DNA from: an uncultured Bacilli bacterium
GTDB lineage: Bacteria > Bacillota_I > Bacilli_A > RF39 > UBA660
DNA: 64,000 bases
Assembly: GCA_947629305.1 (NCBI GenBank)
Contig: CANRDD010000001.1
Location: 6,311-70,310, forward strand
Direction: 5' to 3'
The translations under genes were made by a program, and so were the position numbers. Below the pieces are notes generated by a model. That model was not told the origin of the DNA, made no database searches, and was given only the letters and a program-made list of their open reading frames with translations. This document shows positions 51,659-62,362 of the stretch, piece after piece. Position 1 is the first letter of the stretch. Every line of letters starts with the position of its first letter.

Positions 51659-51850
51659 GAGAAAAAGAGAAAATAATTTTATTTCTTTTCTAGAGAGTTA
51701 ATGGTTGGTGAAAATTAACAAGAAAAAAATTATGGATGGGCTTTGGAGTTAACTAGCTAAATGAGCTTTATAACATTAAAGAGCATGATTTATCATGAAA
51801 TAAGGTGGTACCGCGGATTTAATTCGTCCTTATCTTATTTCATGATTTTT
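51659..51850 (+). promoter_or_regulatory. T-box riboswitch leader (probable Met specifier) with intrinsic terminator, upstream of the HAD-metG operon
   Basis: Stem I with AGAGA element (ctAGAGAGttaatgg); candidate specifier AUG in aaauuAUGGaug; T-box motif AGGTGGTACCGCGG (51803-51818); terminator atcatgaaataagg/ccttatcttatttcatgat + TTTTT (51792-51850). Confidence 0.7.
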
Positions 51851-51867
51851 ATTTGGGAGGTGATAAT

Positions 51868-52488
51868 TTGGTTAAAGCCATAATATTTGATTTAGATAAT
51901 ACCTTAATTGATTGGAAAGATGAATATATTAATTCATTAAAATATGTTTTAAAAGATTATCATTTAAGTAATGATTCTATTTTAAAAATAGATGATATTT
52001 TAAATAATTTAGAAAAGATAGATGAAAAATTAAATATTAATAAAGTAATAAATTATATTAATAAGACTTTAAATTTAAAATTAACTTCTAATTTTTTAGA
52101 AGAATTAATTATAAAACAAGGTAAATGTTATGAAGATGATCTTGTTCTTAGAGAAACAATTAAATATTTATCTTCAAAATATGATTTATATGTGATGAGT
52201 AATTGGTTTACAAAGACTCAAAAAATACGTTTAGCTAATTTAAAAATATTAGAATATTTTAAGGATATTAAAGGGGCAGATCAAAATTATTATAAACCAG
52301 ATAAAAGAGCATATGAATTTATTTTAACTAAATATAAACCTGAAGAATGTCTTTTTATTGGCGATGATTTAGAAATTGATATTAAACCAGCTTTAGAACT
52401 TGGAATGCAAGTTATTTGGAAAACAAAAGAAAATAGTTTAGAATATCAAACTATTAAAGAAATAAAAGAATTAAAAAATATATTATAA
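51868..52488 (+). CDS. HAD-superfamily hydrolase
   Basis: Motif I FDLDNTLID; TTG start 51868 after GGGAGG RBS (the ORF-track start at 51853 would lie inside the T-box terminator). Confidence 0.65.
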   Translation: MVKAIIFDLDNTLIDWKDEYINSLKYVLKDYHLSNDSILKIDDILNNLEKIDEKLNINKVINYINKTLNLKLTSNFLEELIIKQGKCYEDDLVLRETIKYLSSKYDLYVMSNWFTKTQKIRLANLKILEYFKDIKGADQNYYKPDKRAYEFILTKYKPEECLFIGDDLEIDIKPALELGMQVIWKTKENSLEYQTIKEIKELKNIL

Positions 52489-52505
52489 AGAAAGAGGAAT
52501 GAATA

Positions 52506-54044
52506 ATGAATAAAAAATTTTATATTAGTACAGCCATAGCATATACTTCTGCTAAACCGCATATAGGTAATACTTATGAAATTGTCTTAGCGGATGCTAT
52601 AGCTCGTTTTAAAAGATTAGATGGATATGATGTTTATTTTCAAACAGGAACAGATGAACATGGTGAAAAAATTGAACAAAAAGCCAAGGATGAAGGAATA
52701 TTACCTCAAGAATATGTTGATCATATCGCGGGTCAAATTAAAGATATTTGGGATTTAATGAATACTAGTTATGATAAATTTGTTCGAACTACTAATAAAG
52801 AACATGAAAAAGTAGTTCAAAAAATATTTACCAAATTATATGAACAAGGAGATATTTATAAAGGAGAATATAAAGGATTATATTGTGTTCCTTGTGAATC
52901 ATTTTGGACTAGTTCAGCCCTTGTGGATGGTAAATGTCCTGACTGTGGAAGAGAAGTAAAAGAAGCAACCGAAGAAGCTTATTTTTTCAAGATGAGTAAA
53001 TATTCAAAATGGTTAGAAGAATATATTGAAAGTCATCCTCATTTTATTGAACCAGAAGCGAGAAAAAATGAAATAATGAATAATTTTATTAAACCTGGTT
53101 TACAAGATTTATGTGTATCAAGAACTAGTTTTAAATGGGGGATACCGGTTACTTTTGATTCTGATCATGTTATTTATGTTTGGATTGATGCCTTATCCAA
53201 CTATATTACTTTTTTAGGATATGATCCAGATGGAAGTAGTGAAAAATTTAACCAATATTGGCCTTGTGATATTCATTTAATTGGCAAAGATATTTTACGT
53301 TTTCACACAATCTATTGGCCAATTATTCTTCATGCTTTAGGTTTAGAATTACCAAAGCAAATCTTTGGCCATCCTTGGTTATTATTTGGTAGTGATAAAA
53401 TGAGTAAAAGTAAAGGAAATATTGTTTATGCTGATGATTTAGTAAAAGAATTTGGTGTTGATGCGGTTAGATATTATATGCTTCATGAAATGCCTTTTGC
53501 ATCAGATGGAACCTTTACCAGAGAATTATTAATTGAAAGTATTAATAGTAATTTAGCTAATACTTTAGGAAATTTAGTTAATAGAACCATTGGTATGGCC
53601 GAAAAATATTTTACTGGTGTTATAACAAATGCTGAAGAAAAAGAAAGTATTGATGAAGAATTTAAAAATTATATCATGGATAAAAAAGAAAAAGTTTTTG
53701 CTTCAATAGATACTTTCCATGTAGCTGATGCCTTAGATTTTACTTTTGATATTTTTAGAAGAGCTAACAAATATATTGATGAAACATCTCCTTGGGTTTT
53801 AGCTAAAGATTCTTCCAAAGAAAATCGTTTAAAAACGGTTTTATATAACTTAATGGAAGCTATAAGAATAGGCACTGTTCTTTTACAAGCTTTCTTGCCA
53901 GATACAGCTAAAAAAATATTTTATCAAATTAATACAGAAGAAACATCTTTTGCTTCCATAAATGAATTTGGAAAATATAAAAGTGGCACAAAAACTAATC
54001 CTAAAGAAGTTTTATTTAACCGAATCGAGGAAAAAGAATGTTAA
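52506..54044 (+). CDS. metG: Methionine--tRNA ligase (short form, no C-terminal tRNA-binding domain)
   Basis: HIGH region (AKPHIGNTYE); zinc knuckle CVPC...CPDC; KMSKS (DKMSKSKGN); 512 aa. Confidence 0.95.
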   Translation: MNKKFYISTAIAYTSAKPHIGNTYEIVLADAIARFKRLDGYDVYFQTGTDEHGEKIEQKAKDEGILPQEYVDHIAGQIKDIWDLMNTSYDKFVRTTNKEHEKVVQKIFTKLYEQGDIYKGEYKGLYCVPCESFWTSSALVDGKCPDCGREVKEATEEAYFFKMSKYSKWLEEYIESHPHFIEPEARKNEIMNNFIKPGLQDLCVSRTSFKWGIPVTFDSDHVIYVWIDALSNYITFLGYDPDGSSEKFNQYWPCDIHLIGKDILRFHTIYWPIILHALGLELPKQIFGHPWLLFGSDKMSKSKGNIVYADDLVKEFGVDAVRYYMLHEMPFASDGTFTRELLIESINSNLANTLGNLVNRTIGMAEKYFTGVITNAEEKESIDEEFKNYIMDKKEKVFASIDTFHVADALDFTFDIFRRANKYIDETSPWVLAKDSSKENRLKTVLYNLMEAIRIGTVLLQAFLPDTAKKIFYQINTEETSFASINEFGKYKSGTKTNPKEVLFNRIEEKEC

Positions 54045-54799
54045 TAGATACCCATGCGCATATCTATCAAGAATATTATGTTGATAAGTCACTAGTTATC
54101 AACAATGCTTTAAAAAATAATGTTAAGTTAATAATTAACAATGGAGTAGATTATAAAACTAATAAAGAAGTTTTAGAAAATTTAAATGAATATGTCTATG
54201 GAGCTATAGGAATTCATCCTGAAAATGTTTTAGAATATCAAGAAGAAGATTTAAAATTTATCGAAGAAAACCTTGGTAACCCTCATATCGTGGCTATTGG
54301 TGAGATTGGTTTAGATTATCATTATGGTAAAGAAAATAGAGAAAAACAAATAATTCTTTTTGAAAAACAATTAGAATTAGCCCAGAAATATCATATGCCC
54401 GTTATTGTCCATAGCAGAGATGCTACTTTAGATACAATTAATTCTTTAAAAAAATATCATGTGAAAGGAATAATTCATTCTTTCTCAGGAAGTTTAGAAA
54501 CAGCCCAAATATATCTTAAAATGGGATTCCTTCTTGGTGTAAATGGAGTAGTAACCTTTAAAAATGCCCATTTAAAAGATGTTTTAAAAGAATTACCTTT
54601 AACAAGTCTTGTTCTTGAAACAGATAGTCCTTATTTAACACCTGAACCCTTTCGGGGGAAAACAAATGAACCAGCAAATGTTTATTATGTAGCTAAGTTT
54701 CTAAGTGCTTATTTAAATATTCCTTTAGAACAATTAGAAGAAGTAACTAGTGCTAATGCTTTAGAGCTTTTTGACAGAATAAGATCGGATATGCTATAA
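54038..54799 (+). CDS. tatD: TatD-family metal-dependent DNase (YabD)
   Basis: MLIDTHAHI; TIM-barrel hydrolase histidines; conserved metG-tatD order. Confidence 0.85.
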   Translation: MLIDTHAHIYQEYYVDKSLVINNALKNNVKLIINNGVDYKTNKEVLENLNEYVYGAIGIHPENVLEYQEEDLKFIEENLGNPHIVAIGEIGLDYHYGKENREKQIILFEKQLELAQKYHMPVIVHSRDATLDTINSLKKYHVKGIIHSFSGSLETAQIYLKMGFLLGVNGVVTFKNAHLKDVLKELPLTSLVLETDSPYLTPEPFRGKTNEPANVYYVAKFLSAYLNIPLEQLEEVTSANALELFDRIRSDML

Positions 54800-55366
54800 T
54801 TGATTTACCAAGATGAGGTGGATAAAATGCGAAAGATTATTAGTTATTCTCTTCGTTTAACAATATTAATTTTAATCTTGTTTTGTTCAAAATCAACGAC
54901 AAACGCTTTTGAAGCTAAAGTAGAAAATAATAATATTAATAAAACTATTAATTTAAATACGATGGCTATTAAAGTTATCGAAGCTAATGCTTTAGCTAAA
55001 TTTACCGCGAAAGATACTTTCACGGGTGATTTAACTGGTTATGCCTATAATTGTCCTTTGTGCAATGGGACCCTAGCTTGTTTACCTAATTATAATATTA
55101 AAGATGGAACAACAACTTATAATGATGAAGACTATGGCCAAGTGTTTATCGTGGCATCTAGTAAAAATTTATCATGTGGATCTATTTTAAGATTTAAAAG
55201 TGATCGAATTATTGAAGGCCAAGATGTACTAGCTATTGTTCTTGACCGAGGGGTAGGAGGATCTTCTCTTGATTTATTAACCCCATCAGAAGAATATGCT
55301 TCTAAATACATTGGTCGTTCAAGTATAACATATGATGTTTTAAGAAGTGGATGGAATAGAGATTGA
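54800..55366 (+). CDS. 3D-domain (MltA/RlpA-like double-psi beta-barrel) protein, YabE/YuiC-like
   Basis: TGYAYNCPLCNG...IVASS...CGSILRF...AIVLDRGVGG...DLL motif set typical of 3D domains; N-terminal signal/TM; position equivalent to yabE. Confidence 0.65.
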   Translation: MIYQDEVDKMRKIISYSLRLTILILILFCSKSTTNAFEAKVENNNINKTINLNTMAIKVIEANALAKFTAKDTFTGDLTGYAYNCPLCNGTLACLPNYNIKDGTTTYNDEDYGQVFIVASSKNLSCGSILRFKSDRIIEGQDVLAIVLDRGVGGSSLDLLTPSEEYASKYIGRSSITYDVLRSGWNRD

Positions 55367-56118
55367 AAGCAAAAAAAAGATATGGCCAAAATTTTTTAAT
55401 TGATTCTTATTACATTAATAGAATTATTGAAACTATTAATGTTTTTTCTAATGATTTAATAATAGAAATAGGACCTGGAAAAGGAGCTTTAACCAAACTT
55501 TTAAAAGAAAAGAAAGTGGAATTAAGAGCTTATGAAATAGATTTAGATTTAAAACCTATTTTAGATCCCTTAAATGATGAATTAACCCATATTTATTATC
55601 AAGATTTTTTACAAGTAAAAGATTTTCCTTTAGATCGTAATATTATTATTGTAGGTAATTTACCATATTATATAACAACACCTATTTTAGAACATATTAT
55701 AGATGAGAATATTAATCCTAAAAAAATTATTATCATGGTCCAAAAAGAAGTTGCTGATCGTTTCCTAGCTCAACCTCATACCAAAGAATATGGTTATTTT
55801 ACGATTTGGTTAAATCACTTTTTTAAAACAGAAAAAATTGTTGATGTTCCTCCGAAAGCTTTTAATCCTCCTCCAAAAGTTACCAGTACAATTTTAAAAC
55901 TAACTCGTAAATCTTTACCAGATATAGATTTAAAAAAATATCAAAAATTATTACAAGATAGTTTTAAACAAAAAAGAAAAACTTTAAAAAATAATTTAAG
56001 TAATTATGATTGGTTAAAGATAAAAGAAGTATTAGATAGTTTTAATTTAAAAGAAAATGTAAGAGCTGAAGAATTAAGGGAAGAAGTATATTTAGCTATC
56101 TTAAATAAAATGGAGTAA
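55363..56118 (+). CDS. rsmA: 16S rRNA (adenine1518/1519-N6)-dimethyltransferase RsmA/KsgA
   Basis: KKRYGQNFLID...; EIGPGKGALT SAM motif; NLPY motif; TTG start overlapping the upstream stop (gaTTGA). Confidence 0.9.
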   Translation: MKAKKRYGQNFLIDSYYINRIIETINVFSNDLIIEIGPGKGALTKLLKEKKVELRAYEIDLDLKPILDPLNDELTHIYYQDFLQVKDFPLDRNIIIVGNLPYYITTPILEHIIDENINPKKIIIMVQKEVADRFLAQPHTKEYGYFTIWLNHFFKTEKIVDVPPKAFNPPPKVTSTILKLTRKSLPDIDLKKYQKLLQDSFKQKRKTLKNNLSNYDWLKIKEVLDSFNLKENVRAEELREEVYLAILNKME

Positions 56119-56121
56119 GAG

Positions 56122-57720
56122 ATGAAAAAAGAGTATTTAAAATATTATTTAATTATTTTTTTAGTAACAATTATGGTAGGTTTTCCTTTATTTAGGTTAA
56201 ATATGTTAGATGGTCATGATGCTGCTTTTCATTTATATCGTCTTAATTCTTTAAAACTGGCTATTTTAGATAAACAATTAGTTCCCGTGGTTAATCCTTA
56301 TATGTTAGGAAATCTTGGCTATGGAGCAAATTTATTTTATGCTCCTTTAACCTCGGTTGTTATTAATATTATAGCTTTATTTACACCAAGCTTGGGTTTA
56401 GCTACCAATTTATTTATTTTCTTAACTCTTTTTTTATCAGGCTTATTTATGTTTAAATTTGTTTTAACAATAACAAATAAACCTCTTTTAAGTCTTTTAG
56501 CTAGTCTCGGCTATATTGTTTTTCCTTATCATTTATTTGATATTTATACTCGAATGAGTCTTGGAGAAATAGCTTCTTTTGTTTTTATCCCCTTAGTATT
56601 TCGGGGAATATATAATATTGTTAATCATGAAAAGGGTTGGTTAGATTTAACTCTTGGTACCGCGGGTTTATTTTTATCGCACTCTCTTAGTACTTTACTC
56701 GTGGCCATTTTTGCCTTCTTTTATACTCTTTCCTTTACGAAAAAAGTATTTAAAAAACCCGTGATAAAATTACTTATTCTTAGTTTAAGTTTAAGCCTTG
56801 TTTTAAGTTTACCAGTTCTTGTTAGTTTAATTGATACCAAAATAACTAGTGATTATATGGTTTATGATCATACTTATATGAAGACAAATGGGATGGATAT
56901 GGAAAGTCGGGGTATTAATATTTTGGCTAAATCAACTGATAAACCAGTTAAAATAGCTAGAATAGCTTGCATAGAATTAATTCTTTTATTTCCTTTTCTA
57001 TTTATTAAAAAGGATAAAGTTTATTCTACGATTTATCTTTTAACTACTTTATCATTAATTCTATCTTTAAATATTATACCTTGGCATTATTTACCTAATA
57101 TCTTTTCTATGTTTCAATATCCTTTTCGGTTCTTGCAAATGACGAGTTTTTTCCTTCCCATTTTAATTTGTTTAGCTTGGGAAAATTTAATTAACAATAA
57201 TAAATTATTTATTCTTCTTCCTTTAATAATGTTTGTACCTGGTGTAATATCTAATTTAAAACTAACGGAAGAAAGAAAAGTATTACAAGAAAATTATCAT
57301 TATGATTTATTACTTCGTGGTGATATTGTAAGAAGCCGTGGCTCGGCAAGTAGTGAGTATTTACCACGTCAGGCTATCTATGCCTATGATTATTTAAAAA
57401 ATAGAAATGATATTGAAGTATTAAAAGGAGATGCTATAATTACTAATTATGATAAAAAAGGAAGTCATCTTACTTTTAAAGTAAAAGTAAATAAGGCGTC
57501 TTTAATTGAACTTCCTTTTATTTATTATCCAGGTTATAAAGTAAAAATTAATCAAAAAAGGATTAAGAATTATGAAAGCGTGCATGGTCTTTTAGCTCTT
57601 GATTTAGATGAAGGAACATATGAAGTAACAACTCATTATGAAGGACCAATTGTTTTATTTATAGCCTACCTTATATCTTTTTCAACCTTTATAATTTTAA
57701 TTAAAAAACATCGAGCTTGA
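56122..57720 (+). CDS. Polytopic membrane protein, YfhO/PTPS-related GT-C glycosyltransferase-like
   Basis: >10 predicted TM helices; N-terminal loop motif DGHDAAFHLYRL resembling the YfhO/PTPS-related DxxFH motif; C-terminal soluble beta-rich domain; family assignment from motif memory only. Confidence 0.4.
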   Translation: MKKEYLKYYLIIFLVTIMVGFPLFRLNMLDGHDAAFHLYRLNSLKLAILDKQLVPVVNPYMLGNLGYGANLFYAPLTSVVINIIALFTPSLGLATNLFIFLTLFLSGLFMFKFVLTITNKPLLSLLASLGYIVFPYHLFDIYTRMSLGEIASFVFIPLVFRGIYNIVNHEKGWLDLTLGTAGLFLSHSLSTLLVAIFAFFYTLSFTKKVFKKPVIKLLILSLSLSLVLSLPVLVSLIDTKITSDYMVYDHTYMKTNGMDMESRGINILAKSTDKPVKIARIACIELILLFPFLFIKKDKVYSTIYLLTTLSLILSLNIIPWHYLPNIFSMFQYPFRFLQMTSFFLPILICLAWENLINNNKLFILLPLIMFVPGVISNLKLTEERKVLQENYHYDLLLRGDIVRSRGSASSEYLPRQAIYAYDYLKNRNDIEVLKGDAIITNYDKKGSHLTFKVKVNKASLIELPFIYYPGYKVKINQKRIKNYESVHGLLALDLDEGTYEVTTHYEGPIVLFIAYLISFSTFIILIKKHRA

Positions 57721-57772
57721 TAAGCTCTTTTTTAGTTCTATGTTCTATGCTAAGATAGAAATGGTGATGCAA

Positions 57773-58789
57773 ATGGATTATGAAAAAATAGCTAATTTTA
57801 TCCAAAGTAACCGAAGGAAAATGGGGTTAACCCAAGAAGAACTCGCGGATTTAATTCCCATTGGCCGTGGTGCAGTCAGTAAATGGGAAAGAGCTATAAC
57901 TATCCCAGATCCTTTAGTTTTATTAAAATTAAGTGAAATATTTAATGTTAGTATTAATGAAATATTATTAGGTGAAAAAATAAATAATCATAATAAAGAA
58001 GAACTTAATAAAATAACACTAAGTCTTTTTAATAGTATTAATAATAGTAAAAAAAGAATTAAAATATTATTAATAAGTATCTTAATTATCTTATTTTTAT
58101 TTTTTAGTTATTATTTTTTTAATTCTTATAAACAAGTTAAAATATATACAATTAATACAAATAACGATTATTTTAAAATAGAAGATGCGTTATTTATTTA
58201 TACAAGAAATAAAAGTTATTTTAAAATAGGTAAATTACATATTAATAATAATTCTGTCATTATGACTAATGTTGGTATTTATTATAAAGATCAAGATCAA
58301 AAAGAACATTTATTATTTAGTATAAATGGGGATGAAGATATCGTTTATGTTGATTTAAATAATAAAATATTTAAGAAAAAAAATTTAAAACAAATATTAA
58401 ATAATATGTATATAAGATTAATTTATAATGAAGTATTAGAAAAATCATTTAAATTATATTTAGAAGAAGATTATATTAATAAAGAATTATTTAATAAAGT
58501 TAATAATCAAAATATAGAATTTAAAGATTTATTTTTAATGAATAAAGAATATTATATAAATTATATTAAAACTAAATTATATCAAAATAAAAATAATTGT
58601 TTTTATCAAGATCAAGATTTTAAATTTAATTATTTAAATAATTATATTGAATTAATAAATAAGGAAGAAAAATGGCAATATGATGTAATAAATAATAAGT
58701 TATTATTAGAAAAGAATAATAAAATAAAAGAATGTTCTAATAATTGTTCTAATTATTTTTATATAAAATTAGAAGAAGCTTTAACTTAA
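57773..58789 (+). CDS. Membrane-anchored XRE-family HTH regulator (HTH_3 N-domain, single TM, large C-terminal domain)
   Basis: MDYEKIANFIQSNRRKMGLTQEELADLIPIGRGAVSKWERA; TM KILLISILIILFLFFSYYFF; start ATG 57773 with GGTGA RBS (ORF extends upstream to 57740). Confidence 0.65.
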   Translation: MDYEKIANFIQSNRRKMGLTQEELADLIPIGRGAVSKWERAITIPDPLVLLKLSEIFNVSINEILLGEKINNHNKEELNKITLSLFNSINNSKKRIKILLISILIILFLFFSYYFFNSYKQVKIYTINTNNDYFKIEDALFIYTRNKSYFKIGKLHINNNSVIMTNVGIYYKDQDQKEHLLFSINGDEDIVYVDLNNKIFKKKNLKQILNNMYIRLIYNEVLEKSFKLYLEEDYINKELFNKVNNQNIEFKDLFLMNKEYYINYIKTKLYQNKNNCFYQDQDFKFNYLNNYIELINKEEKWQYDVINNKLLLEKNNKIKECSNNCSNYFYIKLEEALT

Positions 58790-58860
58790 GATGAGCTTAT
58801 AAAGTCCTTTCTTTTTTTAATATTAAAGATTAATCTAAAGTTAGGAAAGGAGGGATATAT

Positions 58861-59718
58861 TTGAAAAAAGGAATTATTATTACCATTATTATTTTAATTA
58901 TAAGTATTTCAATAGGTTATATTTTCTTAAAGAAAAAAGATTATAATCCAGGTTATACTGTTTATGAAAAGAAAGCTAGTATAGTTAAAGATGATGGTTG
59001 GTATTATTATTTTTATTTAAATGGCGTAAAAGAAAATAATCAAGGAGAAGTAAAAGATATTAATTATTTCTTTGATGCTATTAATTTAAAATATGAAACT
59101 TTACCTGAATATGGTTATATGGATGAAACAATTAATGAAAATGATGAAAAGGTTAAAATATTTAGACCAAGTTATCCATCTTTAAGTAATTCTTTAAAAG
59201 AAAAAGATGGTATTAAAGAAAGTGAAGAAATATTAATGATAGATAATTATTTTGATCAAAAGAATTTTACCCATTCTATTACTATTAATGATCTAAGTGA
59301 TTTAAAAGTTTATAATTTTGATAAAGAATTAATTGTGGAATTATTTAATAAAATGATTGAAAAAGAATATTCTTCTCATATAACACATTTTACTGTTTAT
59401 CAGGGTGAATATAGGCATGATGAAGAAAAAGATGGGTATATGTGGCATACAAGTGTCTTACCATTTCGAACAGGTTTAGATGCTGTTTATATTGATATTA
59501 TTTATCATAATCAAACTTATTTATCAGATTTAATTAAAGAAAATAAAGCTAATGCTAAACAAAGAGAAATATATGAAAATATAGAAAAAATAGAAAAATA
59601 TATTATTAGTAATCAAACCGTGGAATTAGAAGATACTTTTAAAGAATTAAGTAATAATAAAGATTACCAAAGATTATTTAAAATATTAGCTACATATGAT
59701 GATGGATGGATAGACTAA
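58861..59718 (+). CDS. Hypothetical membrane-anchored protein
   Basis: TTG start with AAGGAGGG RBS; N-terminal TM IIITIIILIISISIGYIF; no recognisable domain. Confidence 0.45.
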   Translation: MKKGIIITIIILIISISIGYIFLKKKDYNPGYTVYEKKASIVKDDGWYYYFYLNGVKENNQGEVKDINYFFDAINLKYETLPEYGYMDETINENDEKVKIFRPSYPSLSNSLKEKDGIKESEEILMIDNYFDQKNFTHSITINDLSDLKVYNFDKELIVELFNKMIEKEYSSHITHFTVYQGEYRHDEEKDGYMWHTSVLPFRTGLDAVYIDIIYHNQTYLSDLIKENKANAKQREIYENIEKIEKYIISNQTVELEDTFKELSNNKDYQRLFKILATYDDGWID

Positions 59719-59759
59719 AGAAAATAACTATGTTATAATTTAGTCAAGGTGGTAAAGAA

Positions 59760-60725
59760 ATGAATAAAGTTTTAAAAATAGTTCTTATATCGATAAGTGT
59801 TATTGTTTTAGTTATTGCTCTTGATACAATTGGCGCAAAAGTTTTTAATCATAGTCCTATTATAAGTATTAGAAAAAATATAGATGGAGGAACAACTGAT
59901 TATCTTAAATCAGGCCTATTTGTTAATTATTATCATTGTGTTAATGGCGAAGAAAAAACCGTTTATAAAAAGACTAAATATTCTTGTCCATTGGAAGAAA
60001 AAGCTGATTCATCTTTAGATAATATCTATCGTAATTCTTTGCTAGAATATGATATTCACAAACTATCAAATGATTATACTTTTAATGATGCTAAAGATGA
60101 TAATTATTTAGCTATTGGTCATGATAATATTTATAATGAAAATAATATTAATATTTTCTTAGAAAATTATCAAAAACAAAAAGATGCTTTTTTAAGAATA
60201 GCTAATGTAACAATTGAAGGAGATTTAATTCTAACTGATTTAATTTATAATTCTCAAGAAGATTTAATTTATGTTGTAATTGATAATACCAGAGATACTT
60301 TTAGTAAAGGAGAAATATCTTTTAAAACATATCAAAATCTTAAAGTAAATGATACAAACTGGGTTTTAACTAATGATAATGATAGTTATACAATTGATTC
60401 TCTTTATAAAAATATAGCTTGTTATAAAGAACAAGTTGGTGCTTATGTTACAAGTGAAAAAATAGTTCCTGAAGAAATAAGTATTGAAAAATTAGTTAAA
60501 GATGATTTAAAAAATATTAAATATTCTTATGGTTTAAAAAATTCATTAGGACATATAGCTTTAATTGTTAATTCTCCTAATAAAGCAACAATGAAAGAAA
60601 TAGAAGAAGTTTTAAATAAAAAATATAGTGATTTAAAAAAAGTAGAATTAAATGATAATTTTTATATATATGTTTTTAATGGAGATTCTAAGTTAGATTT
60701 AAGTAATTTGAATAATGCTTGTTAG
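59760..60725 (+). CDS. Hypothetical secreted/membrane-anchored protein
   Basis: N-terminal TM/signal KIVLISISVIVLVIAL; no recognisable domain. Confidence 0.45.
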   Translation: MNKVLKIVLISISVIVLVIALDTIGAKVFNHSPIISIRKNIDGGTTDYLKSGLFVNYYHCVNGEEKTVYKKTKYSCPLEEKADSSLDNIYRNSLLEYDIHKLSNDYTFNDAKDDNYLAIGHDNIYNENNINIFLENYQKQKDAFLRIANVTIEGDLILTDLIYNSQEDLIYVVIDNTRDTFSKGEISFKTYQNLKVNDTNWVLTNDNDSYTIDSLYKNIACYKEQVGAYVTSEKIVPEEISIEKLVKDDLKNIKYSYGLKNSLGHIALIVNSPNKATMKEIEEVLNKKYSDLKKVELNDNFYIYVFNGDSKLDLSNLNNAC

Positions 60726-60760
60726 AAAAATGCAAACTATAAAAGGTTTGCATTTTTAAG
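60726..60760 (+). terminator. Rho-independent terminator
   Basis: aaAAATGCAAACtataaaagGTTTGCATTTTT: 10-bp stem, 8-nt loop, T-run. Confidence 0.65.
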
Positions 60761-60857
60761 ACTTAGCAACTAAATAGAGACAAAAAACAACTTAAAAGTG
60801 GTAGAATGCAACCAGTAGAAAGTTATAAAATATGGGCAAGAAAGAAGGAATAATATT

Positions 60858-62306
60858 GTGAATAATCAATTCGCGGAGAATTTAAAAAAAATAAGAAAGG
60901 ATCATCATTTATCCCAAGAAGATCTTGCTAGTGAACTTAATGTTTCAAGACAAGCTATATCCAAATGGGAATCATCTTTAGCTTATCCTGAGATGGATAA
61001 AATTATTGCTTTATGTGATAAATTTAATTTAAATATTGATGATTTATTACATCATGATATAAATGAAATAAAAAAAGAAGAAGAGGGAAAGAAGAAAGTA
61101 AATAAATTTATTGATGATTTTTTAAATTTTATTACTGATACTGTTAATTTATTTAGTAATATGGATTTTAAAAGAAAAATTAAATGTTTAATAGAACAAA
61201 TAATTATTATTACATTATTAATTATTTGTTCTAATATTATCGTTTATTTTAGTGATTATATCTTTAATAATATATTTAGTTTTTTACCTCATTTTAAAAT
61301 AAGTTTATTTATGTCTAGTTTATTTAATATAATCTCTATTATAATATGTGTTATATTTTCTCTTATTATCTTTATTCATGTCTTTAAAACAAGATATTTA
61401 GATTATTATAATAAGTATAAAAAAGAAATTAATTTAAATAATAATACTAATAAAGTAGTATTTAAAGATAAAGAAGAAAATATTATTATTAGAGATCCTA
61501 AACATAGTGAATATCGTTTTATTAATGGTTTATTAAAATTCTTTATATTTCTTATAAAATTATTTTCTTTAATGATAGCTATATTTATTAGTTTTATAAT
61601 TATTCTTTTATTTATTTGTTTAATAGTATCTTTTTTACTATATAAAACTAAGTTATTTTTTCTAGGTTTAATATTAGCTATTATATCTTCTATTGTTTTA
61701 ATAACTATTATCTTTTTACTAATATTAAATTTTATTTTTAATAGAGAAAATGATAAAAAGAAAATGATTTGGAGTATTATCTTTTCTCTTGGTTTATTTG
61801 GCATTGGCTTAGGTTTTATATTTGTTGGTTCTTTAAATTTTGAAATGTTAAGTAATCCTAAAGAATTATATAGAACTAAAACAAGTGAATATGTAATGCA
61901 AGATGATTTATTTCTTTTAATAGGAAATGTTAATTATATTGAAAAAGATATTCCTAATATTGAAATAACATATGAGTATAATAAATATTATGATTTAATT
62001 GAATATAAGGATAAAGGAATAGATGTCTGGTTAGAATTAAATAATCCTTTTCCATTAATAAAAGAAGTTATTAAATATTTAAATAATAATAAAGTAATCA
62101 ATTTTACAAATAATATAACAATTAATGTTTATGCTTCAAAAGAAAATATTGCTATCTTAAAAAATAATTGGAATAGATATATTAATAATTTAGATGAAAT
62201 AGGAATAATGCAAGAAAATTATGAGAATAGGATTCAAGAATTAGAAGAACTTAATTATATATATCAAGAACAATTAGAAGAATATCGAGAATTATTAGAT
62301 AGATAA
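60858..62306 (+). CDS. Membrane-anchored XRE-family HTH regulator with multi-TM region and C-terminal coiled-coil
   Basis: LKKIRKDHHLSQEDLASELNVSRQAISKWESS; at least 5 hydrophobic helices; GTG start with AGAAGGAA RBS. Confidence 0.65.
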   Translation: MNNQFAENLKKIRKDHHLSQEDLASELNVSRQAISKWESSLAYPEMDKIIALCDKFNLNIDDLLHHDINEIKKEEEGKKKVNKFIDDFLNFITDTVNLFSNMDFKRKIKCLIEQIIIITLLIICSNIIVYFSDYIFNNIFSFLPHFKISLFMSSLFNIISIIICVIFSLIIFIHVFKTRYLDYYNKYKKEINLNNNTNKVVFKDKEENIIIRDPKHSEYRFINGLLKFFIFLIKLFSLMIAIFISFIIILLFICLIVSFLLYKTKLFFLGLILAIISSIVLITIIFLLILNFIFNRENDKKKMIWSIIFSLGLFGIGLGFIFVGSLNFEMLSNPKELYRTKTSEYVMQDDLFLLIGNVNYIEKDIPNIEITYEYNKYYDLIEYKDKGIDVWLELNNPFPLIKEVIKYLNNNKVINFTNNITINVYASKENIAILKNNWNRYINNLDEIGIMQENYENRIQELEELNYIYQEQLEEYRELLDR

Positions 62307-62362
62307 ACTATAGTGAAAAATTTTACTAAATATATAAAAATATTTCAGTATAATTATGCTAG

